Translations under genes and position numbers: made by a program | Shown here: positions 51,725 to 62,316 of the stretch, piece after piece | How positions within the stretch are numbered: position 1 is the first letter of the stretch | How the letters are laid out: the number at the start of each line of letters is the position of its first letter | Assembly (NCBI GenBank): GCA_963828125.1 | Contig: CAWHDP010000001.1 | Span: 160,001 to 224,000 of the forward strand | DNA from: an uncultured Chlamydiae bacterium | GTDB lineage: Bacteria > Chlamydiota > Chlamydiia > Chlamydiales > SM23-39 | Reading direction: 5' to 3' | DNA length: 64,000 nt | The notes under the pieces: generated by a model | The model's input: the letters and a program-made list of their open reading frames with translations, nothing else | Database searches by the model: none | Told to the model about the DNA's origin: nothing

Positions 51725-53025
51725 CGGCGCAGCCAAATATAGGCGGAGGGCGTCTTCAGGATCTGGGCCAAGAGGAGAAAAAGGCTCTTCTCGTCGGCAC
51801 GTACACGAGGGATAAAGAGACGTGTGTTGAGCAACTGAACGAATTAGAGAGCTTAGGCAACACCTATGGACTTCAGACGGTACTCAAAATTGCGTGTCCC
51901 ATCCGCGCCTACGATGCGGGGACGTTCATCGGCAGCGGCAAGGTTGAGGAGATCCAGAGTTTGGCGATCCAACACGGCTGCTCGCTGGTTGTTTTTGACG
52001 ATGAGATCTCTCCTCAGCAGCAGAGGAATTTGGAAAAGCTTTTGGAGAGGGTCGTCATTGACCGGACCGAGTTGATTTTGGGAGTCTTTGCCCAGAGGGC
52101 TCAGACCCGCGAGGCGAAAATCCAGATTGAACTGGCTACTTTTCAATACCAAATGCCTCGTTTGAGAAGACTGTGGACCCATTTGCATCGGCAGCGCTCC
52201 GGCGGCGCGGGCGGCGGCGCGGTGAAAGGAGAAGGGGAGAAGCAAATCGAGATCGACCGGCGGATCATCCGGAAACAGATCGATAAGCTCCAAAATGAAC
52301 TCGACGCCGTAAAAAAACAGCGGCAGACCCAAAGGCGGCTCCGCGAGAGAACCCGCATCCCGACATTTGCGATCATCGGCTATACGAATGTTGGCAAATC
52401 GACCTTGCTGAAGGCCTTGACCGACGCCGACGTCCTTGTCGAAGATAAGCTGTTTGCTACCTTAGATCCGACGACAAGGAAATTCGTCCTCCCGAATAAA
52501 CAGGCGATCTTGCTCATCGATACAGTCGGTTTCATTCGGAAAATTCCCCATCAGTTAGTGGCTTCGTTCAAAAGCACTCTCGAGGAGGCGGTGCAGGCCG
52601 ATATCCTCCTCCATTTGATCGACGTCAGTCATCCGGACGCCGAGATGCAGGCGGAGGCGACCATCGAGGTTTTGAAGGAATTGGGGGCAGTGAAGCATCC
52701 AATCGTGACGGTTCTGAATAAAATCGATCAGGCGGAAAATCGGACGATTGTCCAAAAATTGAAAATCAAATACCCAAAAACGGTGGAGCTTTCAGCGCTC
52801 CAAAAAATAGGGTTCGATGCGCTGATGGATCAGATGATTTTGGAGATTTCTCGCCTCCGGAAAGTCGTCAAGCTTCGCGTGCCACAGAGTCACTATGCCT
52901 TAGTGAGCGAGATGATGAGAGAGGGGAAAGTACTCTCTTGTGAATATGAAGAAAACGACATTTTACTCGAGCTGGAAATTCCCCACCATCTCGAGCGGAA
53001 AGCGTCCCATTTTATTGTTTCATGA
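51712..53025 (+). CDS. hflX: GTPase HflX
   Basis: GEGEKQIEIDRR, GYTNVGKSTL, DKLFATLD, DTVGFI, NKID. Confidence 0.96.
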   Translation: MHELTAQPNIGGGRLQDLGQEEKKALLVGTYTRDKETCVEQLNELESLGNTYGLQTVLKIACPIRAYDAGTFIGSGKVEEIQSLAIQHGCSLVVFDDEISPQQQRNLEKLLERVVIDRTELILGVFAQRAQTREAKIQIELATFQYQMPRLRRLWTHLHRQRSGGAGGGAVKGEGEKQIEIDRRIIRKQIDKLQNELDAVKKQRQTQRRLRERTRIPTFAIIGYTNVGKSTLLKALTDADVLVEDKLFATLDPTTRKFVLPNKQAILLIDTVGFIRKIPHQLVASFKSTLEEAVQADILLHLIDVSHPDAEMQAEATIEVLKELGAVKHPIVTVLNKIDQAENRTIVQKLKIKYPKTVELSALQKIGFDALMDQMILEISRLRKVVKLRVPQSHYALVSEMMREGKVLSCEYEENDILLELEIPHHLERKASHFIVS

Positions 53026-53705
53026 ATTTGAAGAGTCTGCCAGTTGAGGAGCGGCCGAGAGAGCGGATGGCCCGTTATGGGTCCGAGGGGCTCTCGTCGG
53101 TCGAACTGCTGGCCATTCTTTTGGGAAGCGGCACGCAAAACAGATCCGTTCTGGAGCTTGCTGCCGATTTACTGGGCCATTTTGGCTCAGTGAGCGCCCT
53201 TGCTGAGGCGACCCTCCCTGAACTCATGGAAGTGAAAGGGATCGGCGAGGCGAAGGCGATCCAAGTCAAGGCGGCCTTCGGCCTCTTGGGCCGGATCGAA
53301 AAGAGAGTAGAACGGGCTCTCCTCGATGGGCCAGATAGGGTCTACGAGCTGATCCGGGGCGAATTAGAAGGGCAAAAGATCGAAATGCTGATGGTGGTTT
53401 TGCGCGATGTGAAAAGGGGGTATTTGCATCGGGAAGTGATCTCAAAGGGGACGCTCACTGAGCTCCTGCTCCATCCGCGAGAGGTGTTCCATTTGGCGAT
53501 CCGGCATCGGGCTCACAGTCTCATTTTGGCCCACAACCACCCTTCCGGAGATCCCGTTCCATCCACCCGCGATCTCGAGATGACTCAAGTCCTCGTCGCT
53601 GTCGGACAAATGGTGGGGATTGAACTGGCCGATCATCTCATCATCGGATGGGGGCGTTTCACTTCCCTGTTCAACAAGGGGCTTCTCGCCAGATCCTGCT
53701 ACTGA
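53022..53705 (+). CDS. radC: RadC (UPF0758, JAB domain) protein
   Basis: ERPRERM, ELLAILLGSG, HPREVF, AHNHPSGDP.PS.RD, DHLII. Confidence 0.95.
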   Translation: MNLKSLPVEERPRERMARYGSEGLSSVELLAILLGSGTQNRSVLELAADLLGHFGSVSALAEATLPELMEVKGIGEAKAIQVKAAFGLLGRIEKRVERALLDGPDRVYELIRGELEGQKIEMLMVVLRDVKRGYLHREVISKGTLTELLLHPREVFHLAIRHRAHSLILAHNHPSGDPVPSTRDLEMTQVLVAVGQMVGIELADHLIIGWGRFTSLFNKGLLARSCY

Positions 53706-53860
53706 GAGCCCTTCTCGCGGAAAATCCACATCGGGAAATACTGGCCGAATAAAAAAAAATATTTACAAATTGGCGTCCCCTGGTATTATATAAAAATTTT
53801 AGATCCAATCCGTTTGCTGACGTAAGGCGGCAAATGGGGAGAACCACTGTGGAGATTTTC

Positions 53861-56800
53861 GTGAAAAGTAAGGTCGTTCTGTTTCTTATGTCAAGCGTTG
53901 CGATGCAGCTGCTCGCTACCTCTTATACTTGGAATATATCGAGCAATGGAACTTGGAGCACCGATGCAGATTGGACGCCCAATACCGGATTTCCAAATGG
54001 GACGAGCGATACGGCGGCGTTTCCAGCATTTGCCGCGTCGACAATCGCTGTGAGCGGGATCAATTCCTATACAGTCAATGCACTTACATTTAGCGGAAAT
54101 ACCACAGCCTACACACTGAGCGGAAGCGGCCTCACGATTGGAGGCTCAACGCCCACGATTACCGCAACAGGAACGAAAAATCATGCGATCTCAGTCCCTA
54201 TCACACTCGATACAGCCCTGACGGTCAATGTGGGCTCAGGGGGAACCGTCACTTCATCCGGGGGCATTTCGGGAAGTTTTGGAGTCACTCAATCTGGCGG
54301 GACGGGGGGTTTTATCCTTTCTAACACCAACTCATTCACAGGTGCGATTCTGGTGTCCGCAGGGACTCTTGTGACAGGGACTTCAAATACATTCCCCACG
54401 GCCAGCACGAACACGGTGACTGTCAATTCGCCTGGAGTCATCGATTTATTCAACAATAACAACGCGATGTATTCTCTCGGGGGTTCAGGGACAGTGACGG
54501 CTAGCTATGCGTCAGCGACGCTCACGATTGATAGCTCAAGCACCTTTGGCGGCAGCTTGACGAACCATTTAGGGGTGACGTTAGGGAGTGGAGTGACCCT
54601 CACTCTTTCAGGTTCAGGGAATAGCTACACAGGAGCTACTTCGGTTCCTTCCGGAACGGTTCTTGAAGCAGGGGCGTCTAATTCCCTCCCTTCGGCCTCC
54701 GCGATCACTGTAGGGGGAACGCTCGCTTTGGAAAATTATGCCAATAATGCCATCGGCTCTCTTTTCGGCTCCGGCTCCGTAACGACAAGCGGTTCGGGCG
54801 TGACGCTGCAAATCAACAACGGGGGTATTTTTTCTGGAACATTGCCAAGCAACTTGACCGCTCTGTATCTAAACGGGGGGAGCTTGCAGCTTCTCACTGG
54901 CGCCACTTACCCGTACCCATTCACTGGCGGTTCTGGGGGGCTCGAGATCGGCTCGTTTTCTATGCCTACCGACGATATCACTGTGATCTTTAGTAGCGCG
55001 GGATCTTCCTTTTCAAATACGAGCAGCACGTACTCAGGCGGCACCACGGTTTCTGAGGGGAGCACTTTGGAAGCAGACGCTCAATTTACCTTTTCTAACA
55101 ATTCCGCTGTGACAGTATACGGAACCCTCCAGTTAAATAATTTTTCCAACAGCATCGGCGGTTTAGAGGGAGACGGGACGATCGGGGCTTCCTATAATGT
55201 GATGACGGAGTCGCCTCCGACATTGACCATCTATGGCGGGGGTAATTTCATCGGAAATGGCTGGCCCGTTGTCAGCGGCAATCAATTAGCGGCGCTGAAT
55301 CTAGAAGGCGGCGGAACGTTGCAGTTTATCGATAACACGCAAACATTTCCTTATCCTTTTACCGGGGGATCCGGAGGCATTGAGTTGAGCGATGATTCCA
55401 ATATGACCCTTGAGACGGCCAACACCTATACCGGAGGGACAGCCATTGACGAGCTCAGCACATTGACAGTTCTCTATTCGGGGAATTTTTCCTCGTCAGG
55501 CAATTTTGTTGTGAACGGAACGTTCAATATGAACGATTCGACTACAATGGCTGACAACACGGTGATTACTGTCGGACCTTTGAGTGGGACTGGCACCATT
55601 AATTTGGGAAATCACGCGATTCAAGTTTCCCCAGTCTTCGGCGACTCGTCTAATAATTTTGGCGGCATCCTTACTGGGACTACGCTCAGTGGATATTCCG
55701 GCAATCTCATTATCAATGGCGAGTCTAACGGTACTTTAATCTTATCGGGCTCTGCAAACACTTACCCAGGCGCTACGACGATCACGAGCGGGATTCTCCA
55801 GGCTGGAGAGAACAATACCCTCCCCGCCAATACAGATGTTTTCGTGGCAACCAATGGAACTCTTGCAGTCTCTGACTACTCGATCCAAATCTATAGCCTT
55901 TCCGGATCAGGGGCCGTCACGACGGGTACTTCTCCTACAGCCCTCCTGACCATCACCAATGGATCGACTCCCCATACTGGTTCGGGCACCTTCTCAGGCG
56001 CTATAGTAGATGGAGGATCGGGCGGCGTGGTGATCAATGGAGGGACTTTTACCTGCAGCAATGGGACTCAATTCGCAAACACCTATAGCGGCCCTACAAG
56101 TGTCAATGGGATCGCCGTTTTACAAGCGAATGGAACGAATTCGCTCCCCTATCAATCTCCAATCACTTTAAATGATGCGGCTGTATTGGATATTTCAACA
56201 AATCCATCTAATAACCAGATCGCCGGACTTTACGGCAGTAGCGATTCTACTGTGTTATTGGGGTCGGGCACTCAGCTCACCGTTACAGGTGGAGGGACTT
56301 ATCTTGGCGTGATGAGCGGGGTGGGTCAGTTGATCAATACCACCGAACTTTTAACTCTGGAAGGGGAAAATACTTTCCAAGGGGGGACTACGGTCTCTTC
56401 GGGAACCTTGGCTTTAGCCGGCAACGGTTATCTCTTATCGACAGGCGCCGTATCGGTAACGGGTACTTTCGATGTGAGCGCCATTTCCTCGAATTTTACT
56501 AATATCGGCACTCTGACCGGTTCTGGGATTGTCAACCTCGGAGATAAAGAACTCAGATTGAACCCTACAACCTCTTCTTCTACGTTCAACGGGACGATTC
56601 AAGGTACGGAAGGATCTTTGACTTTAGTGGGAAATGGGAGCGGAAATACCGTGATCCTTACGGGAATCAATAATACTTATACCGGGACGACCTTAGTCAC
56701 CGGTAGCTCTGGCTCACTCGGAACCCTTGAAATCGGAGCGAGCGGGGCTCTTTCTCCTCAAACCAACGTAGTGGTAGAAAACTATGGGGTGTTTCAATTA

Positions 56801-59800
56801 AATCCAGGAACCACGAATACCGCTCTGACCCTCACAAGCTCGGGTGTGGTCAATAACATGTCAGACCCCAGCACGTTTACGGACATTTCAGTGACAGGCG
56901 GGACATTTAATAATACAGGGAATACAGTTCTCACTTTTGACTCCTTCGACATGACTGGCGGACTCTTGATTAACGGAAGTTCTTCGTTAGTGGATACAAG
57001 TTCGATGGGGAGCCTCACTCCCGCTGACCAAGGGCCCTTCATGATCACAGGCGGAACCATTGATAACTACAGCGTATTCAACCTAACCACGTATACCCAA
57101 GGTTCAGAAGCGACTCTCAACATGGAATTTAGCCTGGTTAGTCCTGCGAATGCGCCGCCGCTGATCAGTTGCAGCGGTGACGCCACTCTCGATGGAACCC
57201 TCAACGTCATTTACAACGGGACAGCTCCCGGATCCTTCGCGAGCGCTTATCCATTGATAGAGTCAAACCATAACATTGGCAGCTTTGCGACTACCTCCAT
57301 CAGTGGATTCGGCACTACGCCGCCGCCTGTACTCATCCCCACCTATTCTACTCTTTACCTCTTTTTCGCCTCGACCAACGCCGCTTGGGGACTCAATGGG
57401 AGCGGATCGTGGGATATCGGAAGCGGCGACTATGTGAACTGGCATCCCACTGGAATTCCAGGCGTCGTTGCGGGAAATACGACGATTGTGAACTTTAATG
57501 ACACTCCGATGGGAAGCGCCCCTGATATCACGGTCTCCTTATCAGATGCAGCTGGGACTGGCCCGCTTGCTGTGACTGTATATCAGATGAATTTTGATTC
57601 GTCTATCCATTCCTATACAATTGAACAGTACAACTCTTCCAGTTCCATCACCTTTGCCACATCGAGCGATTCATTAAATACGCAAATCAACGTAATCCTC
57701 GGTTCGCATGAGATTGACGCTCCGATCCTTATCGACACCGGTTTTGCAAACACGGGCGGAGATCTTTATCTAACAGACGGAACTCAATTGACCCTTGGAT
57801 CTAATACAACGATGACGAGCGGATCTACGGACGGCGACTATCTGGAAATTTTTCAAGGCGGCGCAGGCCATCTTGGAACAGGTGAATTGGCGAACAATGG
57901 AAACTTAACGCCGACCGCAATCTATCAATATGGGGCAACTATCTCAAACAGCGGGACGATCAACCCCGACGTATACGGCATTTATCCTGAAGAGGGAGAT
58001 AAGGCCTTTTTCTATAACAGCGGAACGGGTGCTGTCTTGGGTTCCACTGAAGCAGGTTATGATGGAACTACATACATCGGATACTACGGAGGGACTGTCG
58101 AAATTGTGAACAGCGGCACCAACGCTACATTCGGATCCTCCGCAAATGATAATATAATGTTGATTGGGAGCGATGGGTATGGCGGCAGCACAACGATCAC
58201 GAATAGCGGATACAACTCATCCTTTGGTCCCACCGGCCCCAATGGTTATTTCTACACATATGGAGATGGGACCTTGAGTATAACGAATACAGGACTTGGC
58301 AATCTCATGGGAGCTTTCGGAAATGGTGCGATTGTCGAGGCCACCTACGGCACTATTTACAATAGCTCGGGAGCTATTTTCCGCGCGGGGCCAGGGGGAA
58401 GCCTCAACATTGAAGGGGCTCGAATCATCAATGATCTTCGCAGTGTCGTCGGCGGCACGGATCAAGACGTGGTACTCACTTCCGGTCTTCTCAATACGAG
58501 CGGATCCGTTTTGGCCTTTGACTATGAACAAAGCGGTTCGGGTCTGTTGCAAATGAACTTGACCACCTTGCCCAATGTCCTTGGACAAGTGACAGCTGAC
58601 GCTGCCGCGAGTTTGGGTGGCAATTTAGTTGTGAACGCATTACCGGGTTGTAATTTCCCTGCGGGCGATGTAGTGGATCTCATTACAGCTCAATTGGGCG
58701 TGAACGGCACCTTTACATCGGTTGAGTACACAGGGTTTCCCGATACGATCAACCCCTCGATCACGTATCTTCTAAACGCCGTCGTCCTCGATGTGAACCC
58801 CACGGTGAGCGCCTCAACCTCTGCGGGCTCCATTCCCGCTTTTTCGTTCATTTCGACAAACCAAAACAATTTTCAGGTAGGAAGATATATCTCGCAACTG
58901 CATGGGCGTTTAGCTCGCAAAACTCAAAATCAGCAAACGGTTGCTCGCGATGCGATGGAAACCAATCTGCTCGCATCGAACAGCGAGGGTGCAATCGTGG
59001 CGGCAAAGGGAGCTCCTCTCGGCAGCCGAGAGACCCTAAGGAAAGAGACAACGGAGATTCACAACAAGGTCGTTAACCGGATCCCTTCTCGTCCTTGGAA
59101 TTTCTACATGGGGCCCATTGATTCTGTGGGAACCATCGGCGCCAAGAGTTCTACGCAAGCGGGCGTCAGCTATAACTCGATCGGCGCATTGGCCGGTTTT
59201 GATTATGCATTGAGTCGATATGGACTGGGATTTTCCGCCTCTTACGCCAACACAGCGGGGAGAGTCGATCATGGAGGTCGCCTCTCGCTCAATGGCATAC
59301 ATGGGAGCGCATACGGAATCTGGACGCCTGAGAATTTAGATCAGTTAGGGATCAGCGCCATTCTCGGCGGGGGATACGAGTGGATCTCGGTGGATCGAAA
59401 AGCGGGACCTAGCCCTGCCCTTACAGCTCACGGCAGTCCGAATGGAGCGGAGTTCGATGCGCTGCTCGGCGTAGAATATATCTTCTCAAACAGGCAGTTC
59501 TCCGCATTTCCGCAACACTTGCAGTTAACCCCCCTTGCAAACCTCCAGTACATCGGCGCCTGGATTGATTCGTACAATGAGACAAATGGAGGGCAGTTCG
59601 CTCTCAATGTGAAGAACCAGTCCCCCAATTCCCTCAGATCGCTTCTTGGCGCTAGACTCGATTACACCTATGTAACGAGCCAGATGACCTTTAAGCAAGA
59701 GTTCGATATCGGCTGGCAATACGAGTATTTAGATGATGCCCGGCAGTTGAATTTTGCGACGGTCAACCTAGCTTCAACCAAAGTTGTCGGTACACAAGTG

Positions 59801-59950
59801 ATTGGCGCTCACGGAAGTATGCTCTGGGCTGGCGTTGACTTTTTGCTCACCGTGAGAGAGGTGTTCGAATTCGAAGCGAGCTATGATTTACAGTGGAATT
59901 CATCTTATTTGAATAACGGGTTCTATCTGGGATTTGGGGGCAATTTCTAG
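53861..59950 (+). CDS. Large autotransporter (type Va) adhesin-like protein with beta-helical passenger repeats
   Basis: Signal peptide from GTG at 53861; many LxLSGxNTYTGxTxVxxGTL repeats; C-terminal barrel ending FYLGFGGNF. Confidence 0.9.
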   Translation: MKSKVVLFLMSSVAMQLLATSYTWNISSNGTWSTDADWTPNTGFPNGTSDTAAFPAFAASTIAVSGINSYTVNALTFSGNTTAYTLSGSGLTIGGSTPTITATGTKNHAISVPITLDTALTVNVGSGGTVTSSGGISGSFGVTQSGGTGGFILSNTNSFTGAILVSAGTLVTGTSNTFPTASTNTVTVNSPGVIDLFNNNNAMYSLGGSGTVTASYASATLTIDSSSTFGGSLTNHLGVTLGSGVTLTLSGSGNSYTGATSVPSGTVLEAGASNSLPSASAITVGGTLALENYANNAIGSLFGSGSVTTSGSGVTLQINNGGIFSGTLPSNLTALYLNGGSLQLLTGATYPYPFTGGSGGLEIGSFSMPTDDITVIFSSAGSSFSNTSSTYSGGTTVSEGSTLEADAQFTFSNNSAVTVYGTLQLNNFSNSIGGLEGDGTIGASYNVMTESPPTLTIYGGGNFIGNGWPVVSGNQLAALNLEGGGTLQFIDNTQTFPYPFTGGSGGIELSDDSNMTLETANTYTGGTAIDELSTLTVLYSGNFSSSGNFVVNGTFNMNDSTTMADNTVITVGPLSGTGTINLGNHAIQVSPVFGDSSNNFGGILTGTTLSGYSGNLIINGESNGTLILSGSANTYPGATTITSGILQAGENNTLPANTDVFVATNGTLAVSDYSIQIYSLSGSGAVTTGTSPTALLTITNGSTPHTGSGTFSGAIVDGGSGGVVINGGTFTCSNGTQFANTYSGPTSVNGIAVLQANGTNSLPYQSPITLNDAAVLDISTNPSNNQIAGLYGSSDSTVLLGSGTQLTVTGGGTYLGVMSGVGQLINTTELLTLEGENTFQGGTTVSSGTLALAGNGYLLSTGAVSVTGTFDVSAISSNFTNIGTLTGSGIVNLGDKELRLNPTTSSSTFNGTIQGTEGSLTLVGNGSGNTVILTGINNTYTGTTLVTGSSGSLGTLEIGASGALSPQTNVVVENYGVFQLNPGTTNTALTLTSSGVVNNMSDPSTFTDISVTGGTFNNTGNTVLTFDSFDMTGGLLINGSSSLVDTSSMGSLTPADQGPFMITGGTIDNYSVFNLTTYTQGSEATLNMEFSLVSPANAPPLISCSGDATLDGTLNVIYNGTAPGSFASAYPLIESNHNIGSFATTSISGFGTTPPPVLIPTYSTLYLFFASTNAAWGLNGSGSWDIGSGDYVNWHPTGIPGVVAGNTTIVNFNDTPMGSAPDITVSLSDAAGTGPLAVTVYQMNFDSSIHSYTIEQYNSSSSITFATSSDSLNTQINVILGSHEIDAPILIDTGFANTGGDLYLTDGTQLTLGSNTTMTSGSTDGDYLEIFQGGAGHLGTGELANNGNLTPTAIYQYGATISNSGTINPDVYGIYPEEGDKAFFYNSGTGAVLGSTEAGYDGTTYIGYYGGTVEIVNSGTNATFGSSANDNIMLIGSDGYGGSTTITNSGYNSSFGPTGPNGYFYTYGDGTLSITNTGLGNLMGAFGNGAIVEATYGTIYNSSGAIFRAGPGGSLNIEGARIINDLRSVVGGTDQDVVLTSGLLNTSGSVLAFDYEQSGSGLLQMNLTTLPNVLGQVTADAAASLGGNLVVNALPGCNFPAGDVVDLITAQLGVNGTFTSVEYTGFPDTINPSITYLLNAVVLDVNPTVSASTSAGSIPAFSFISTNQNNFQVGRYISQLHGRLARKTQNQQTVARDAMETNLLASNSEGAIVAAKGAPLGSRETLRKETTEIHNKVVNRIPSRPWNFYMGPIDSVGTIGAKSSTQAGVSYNSIGALAGFDYALSRYGLGFSASYANTAGRVDHGGRLSLNGIHGSAYGIWTPENLDQLGISAILGGGYEWISVDRKAGPSPALTAHGSPNGAEFDALLGVEYIFSNRQFSAFPQHLQLTPLANLQYIGAWIDSYNETNGGQFALNVKNQSPNSLRSLLGARLDYTYVTSQMTFKQEFDIGWQYEYLDDARQLNFATVNLASTKVVGTQVIGAHGSMLWAGVDFLLTVREVFEFEASYDLQWNSSYLNNGFYLGFGGNF

Positions 59951-60006
59951 CCTAGCGAATTTTTGAGCGATTGTGGTATAACTCTTGAACTCTACGTTCA
60001 GGAGGG

Positions 60007-62265
60007 GTGATGCAGAAGTGGTACGGAGCCTTAGCGGCTCATCTGGCGGGCTGGATAGCCGTGGCAATGGTCGCGCTGAGCGGGCCTTTGCGCGGGGGAA
60101 CGCTCGGCCTAGTCGCGGGTTATAACGACAACACCACTGCCGCTGGCCTGGCCCTTGTGATCCCGTCAGGGAACACCCTGGCAGTGTACGATTTTTCCTC
60201 CTCGCTTCTCTGGGGCAACAGCGGCTCTGTCAACGCTTCGAGCTGTGCGCTCAATGGTGCAGGGACGATCGGCCTGGTCGCGGGCTACGACGACAACGTG
60301 GCGGCCGCTGGCCTGGCCCTTGTGATCCCATCAGGCAACGCTCTGAGAGTATACGATTTTTCCTCCTCGCTCTCCTGGGACGGCGGCGACGCCTTAGGCT
60401 GCGCGCTCAATGGCGGAGGGACGCTCGGTCTGGTCGCGGGTTACAATACTGACAGCACCACTGGCCTGGCTCTTGTGGTTCCGTCAGGGAACACCCTGGC
60501 AGTGTACGATTTTTCTTCTTCTCTCTCTTCTTGGGGCGACGGCGGCGCCTCTGGCTGCGCGCTCAATGGTGCTGGAACGTTCGGCCTAGTCGCGGGCCAA
60601 ACGGCCGGCAGGACGGCGGGGCTGGCCGTTGTGATGCCATCGGGAGACACCCTTGCAGTACACGATGCTTCTAGCTTGCTCTCTTCTTGGGGCGCTGGCG
60701 GCGTGACCTATGGCTGCGCGCTCAATGGCGGAGGGACGTTTGGCCTTGTCGTGGGCGAAAACCACAGCTCGGGCTTTGCCGCCGCCGGCTTGGCCCTTGT
60801 GACCCGATCTGGCGACAGCTTCACGCTCTACGATTTTTCTTCTTCGCTCCCCTGGGGCGTCGGCAGCGGCGCCAGCGCCTCAGGCTGCGCGCTCAATGAT
60901 GCCGGAACGTTGGGCCTTGTCGCAGGTTACAACTACAACATGGGTATCGCAGGTCTTGCTGTCGTGATCCCGTCAGGGGGTACCCTTGCAGTGTACGATT
61001 TTTCCACTTCGCTCCCCTGGGGCAACGGCAACGCCTCGAGCTGCGCGCTCAATGGCGCAGGTACGCTTGGCCTTGTCGCGGGCTATAACCGCAACACAGA
61101 TACCCCCGGCCTTGCCGTTGTGATCCCATCCAGCCATACCCTGACTGTTTACGATTTTTCCACCTCGCTTCCTTGGGGCAGCGGCAGCGTCTCCGGCTGC
61201 GCCCTTGGCGGCCTGGCTCAGGCGCTGACTCCCACTGCGATAGGATCTCCTGCATCTAGCGTGAGCTACACTGTGCTGAGTGAATCCGCTGCCCTGTCTG
61301 CACATGGGGCGCAAAAAAAAATCGGAGCCATGTTCCGGGGAGTTCTCGGGAATCAAGCAGTGAGTCTCATCGCCGATGCTTCAAAAGCGGTGCGCTCAAC
61401 ACGGACGGGCTCATTACATTACCCGCCATTGTCCTCCAAGGATCGGTATTCTGTGTGGATGATGCCCTTCGCCGATTTGTTGTATCAGGCGTCGCAGGGC
61501 GATAACCCTGCTTTTTCCAATGAAATCATAGGCGCTCTGCTGGGTTTTGATGCGCAGTGCGGCCGGGAAGCTTTTGTGGGCGTCGGGGCTGCTTATGCGT
61601 TTAATTATGTCGATTATGGGAAGGCGTTAGGACACGCTACCATCAATCAAGAAACAGCAGTTGCATACGGTTCTTGGAACGGGGATACGATGTTTGTCAA
61701 CGCCTCTCTTTGGGGGGGATTTTATCAATTGCACAACATACGCCATCACATACTGACAGCGACGTCTCATTTCGACGGGTACATCTTTTCGCCCCATATA
61801 GAGACCGGAGCCGTCATTTGCGCGCAAACAGATTTCTTCTTCCTTGAACCGTTCGGCGCGCTCGATTGGGCAAATGACTGGCAGAGCCATTTTACCGAAA
61901 AAGGACCTACTGGACTCTTTGTCCCTGAACACTACTCTTCCCTTTTGCGCAGCGAGGCAGGTTTCCGTTTCTATGAAACATTCACGAAAGATTGGGGATG
62001 GCTGTATTTGGTGGAAAAATTAAGCTATATCAACCAAACGCCTTTTGGTCTGGGCAGCGCATCGGTTTCATTCGCAAGCTCCAACATTGTGTTTCCTGTG
62101 GCTATAGGCAGTGTACAGACGCAAAATTTGGGAGGGGTCGAACTCCATTGTATCTTCGTCCCTCGGCGCGAAAATGCGTTCTACGGAGCTATCGATCTAC
62201 AAGGTGAATTCGGCGCATCCTTCCAATCTTATTTTGCAACCGCCGCTGTGGGCAAAACTTTCTGA
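60007..62265 (+). CDS. Autotransporter with a seven-repeat passenger (putative beta-propeller)
   Basis: Signal peptide, seven 52-57-aa repeats, barrel (SVWMMPF...LLRSEAGFRF...VGKTF). Confidence 0.85.
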   Translation: MMQKWYGALAAHLAGWIAVAMVALSGPLRGGTLGLVAGYNDNTTAAGLALVIPSGNTLAVYDFSSSLLWGNSGSVNASSCALNGAGTIGLVAGYDDNVAAAGLALVIPSGNALRVYDFSSSLSWDGGDALGCALNGGGTLGLVAGYNTDSTTGLALVVPSGNTLAVYDFSSSLSSWGDGGASGCALNGAGTFGLVAGQTAGRTAGLAVVMPSGDTLAVHDASSLLSSWGAGGVTYGCALNGGGTFGLVVGENHSSGFAAAGLALVTRSGDSFTLYDFSSSLPWGVGSGASASGCALNDAGTLGLVAGYNYNMGIAGLAVVIPSGGTLAVYDFSTSLPWGNGNASSCALNGAGTLGLVAGYNRNTDTPGLAVVIPSSHTLTVYDFSTSLPWGSGSVSGCALGGLAQALTPTAIGSPASSVSYTVLSESAALSAHGAQKKIGAMFRGVLGNQAVSLIADASKAVRSTRTGSLHYPPLSSKDRYSVWMMPFADLLYQASQGDNPAFSNEIIGALLGFDAQCGREAFVGVGAAYAFNYVDYGKALGHATINQETAVAYGSWNGDTMFVNASLWGGFYQLHNIRHHILTATSHFDGYIFSPHIETGAVICAQTDFFFLEPFGALDWANDWQSHFTEKGPTGLFVPEHYSSLLRSEAGFRFYETFTKDWGWLYLVEKLSYINQTPFGLGSASVSFASSNIVFPVAIGSVQTQNLGGVELHCIFVPRRENAFYGAIDLQGEFGASFQSYFATAAVGKTF
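60094..61212 (+). repeat. Seven intragenic tandem repeats of about 156-171 bp
   Basis: GTLGLVAGY-x-GLALVIPSGxTLAVYDFSSSLxW-x-CALNG seven times; similar at the DNA level too. Confidence 0.92.
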
Positions 62266-62316
62266 GCTAAAAAAACCTTGCATGTCAATATGTTTTTTTA
62301 ATATAATTCTGCCCCT

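Noticed and set aside
53022..53705. radC as a marker of a mobile element
   Set aside because: It is the full-length form with the N-terminal region, translationally coupled to hflX in a housekeeping operon.
60094..61212. CRISPR-like array
   Set aside because: Repeats are about 160 bp, degenerate and in-frame coding; no cas genes or constant short repeats were seen in the window.
53834..62265. Labelling the two autotransporters as Pmp proteins
   Set aside because: The regularly repeated GGA(I/L/V) and FxxN motif pairs diagnostic of Pmps are not evident.
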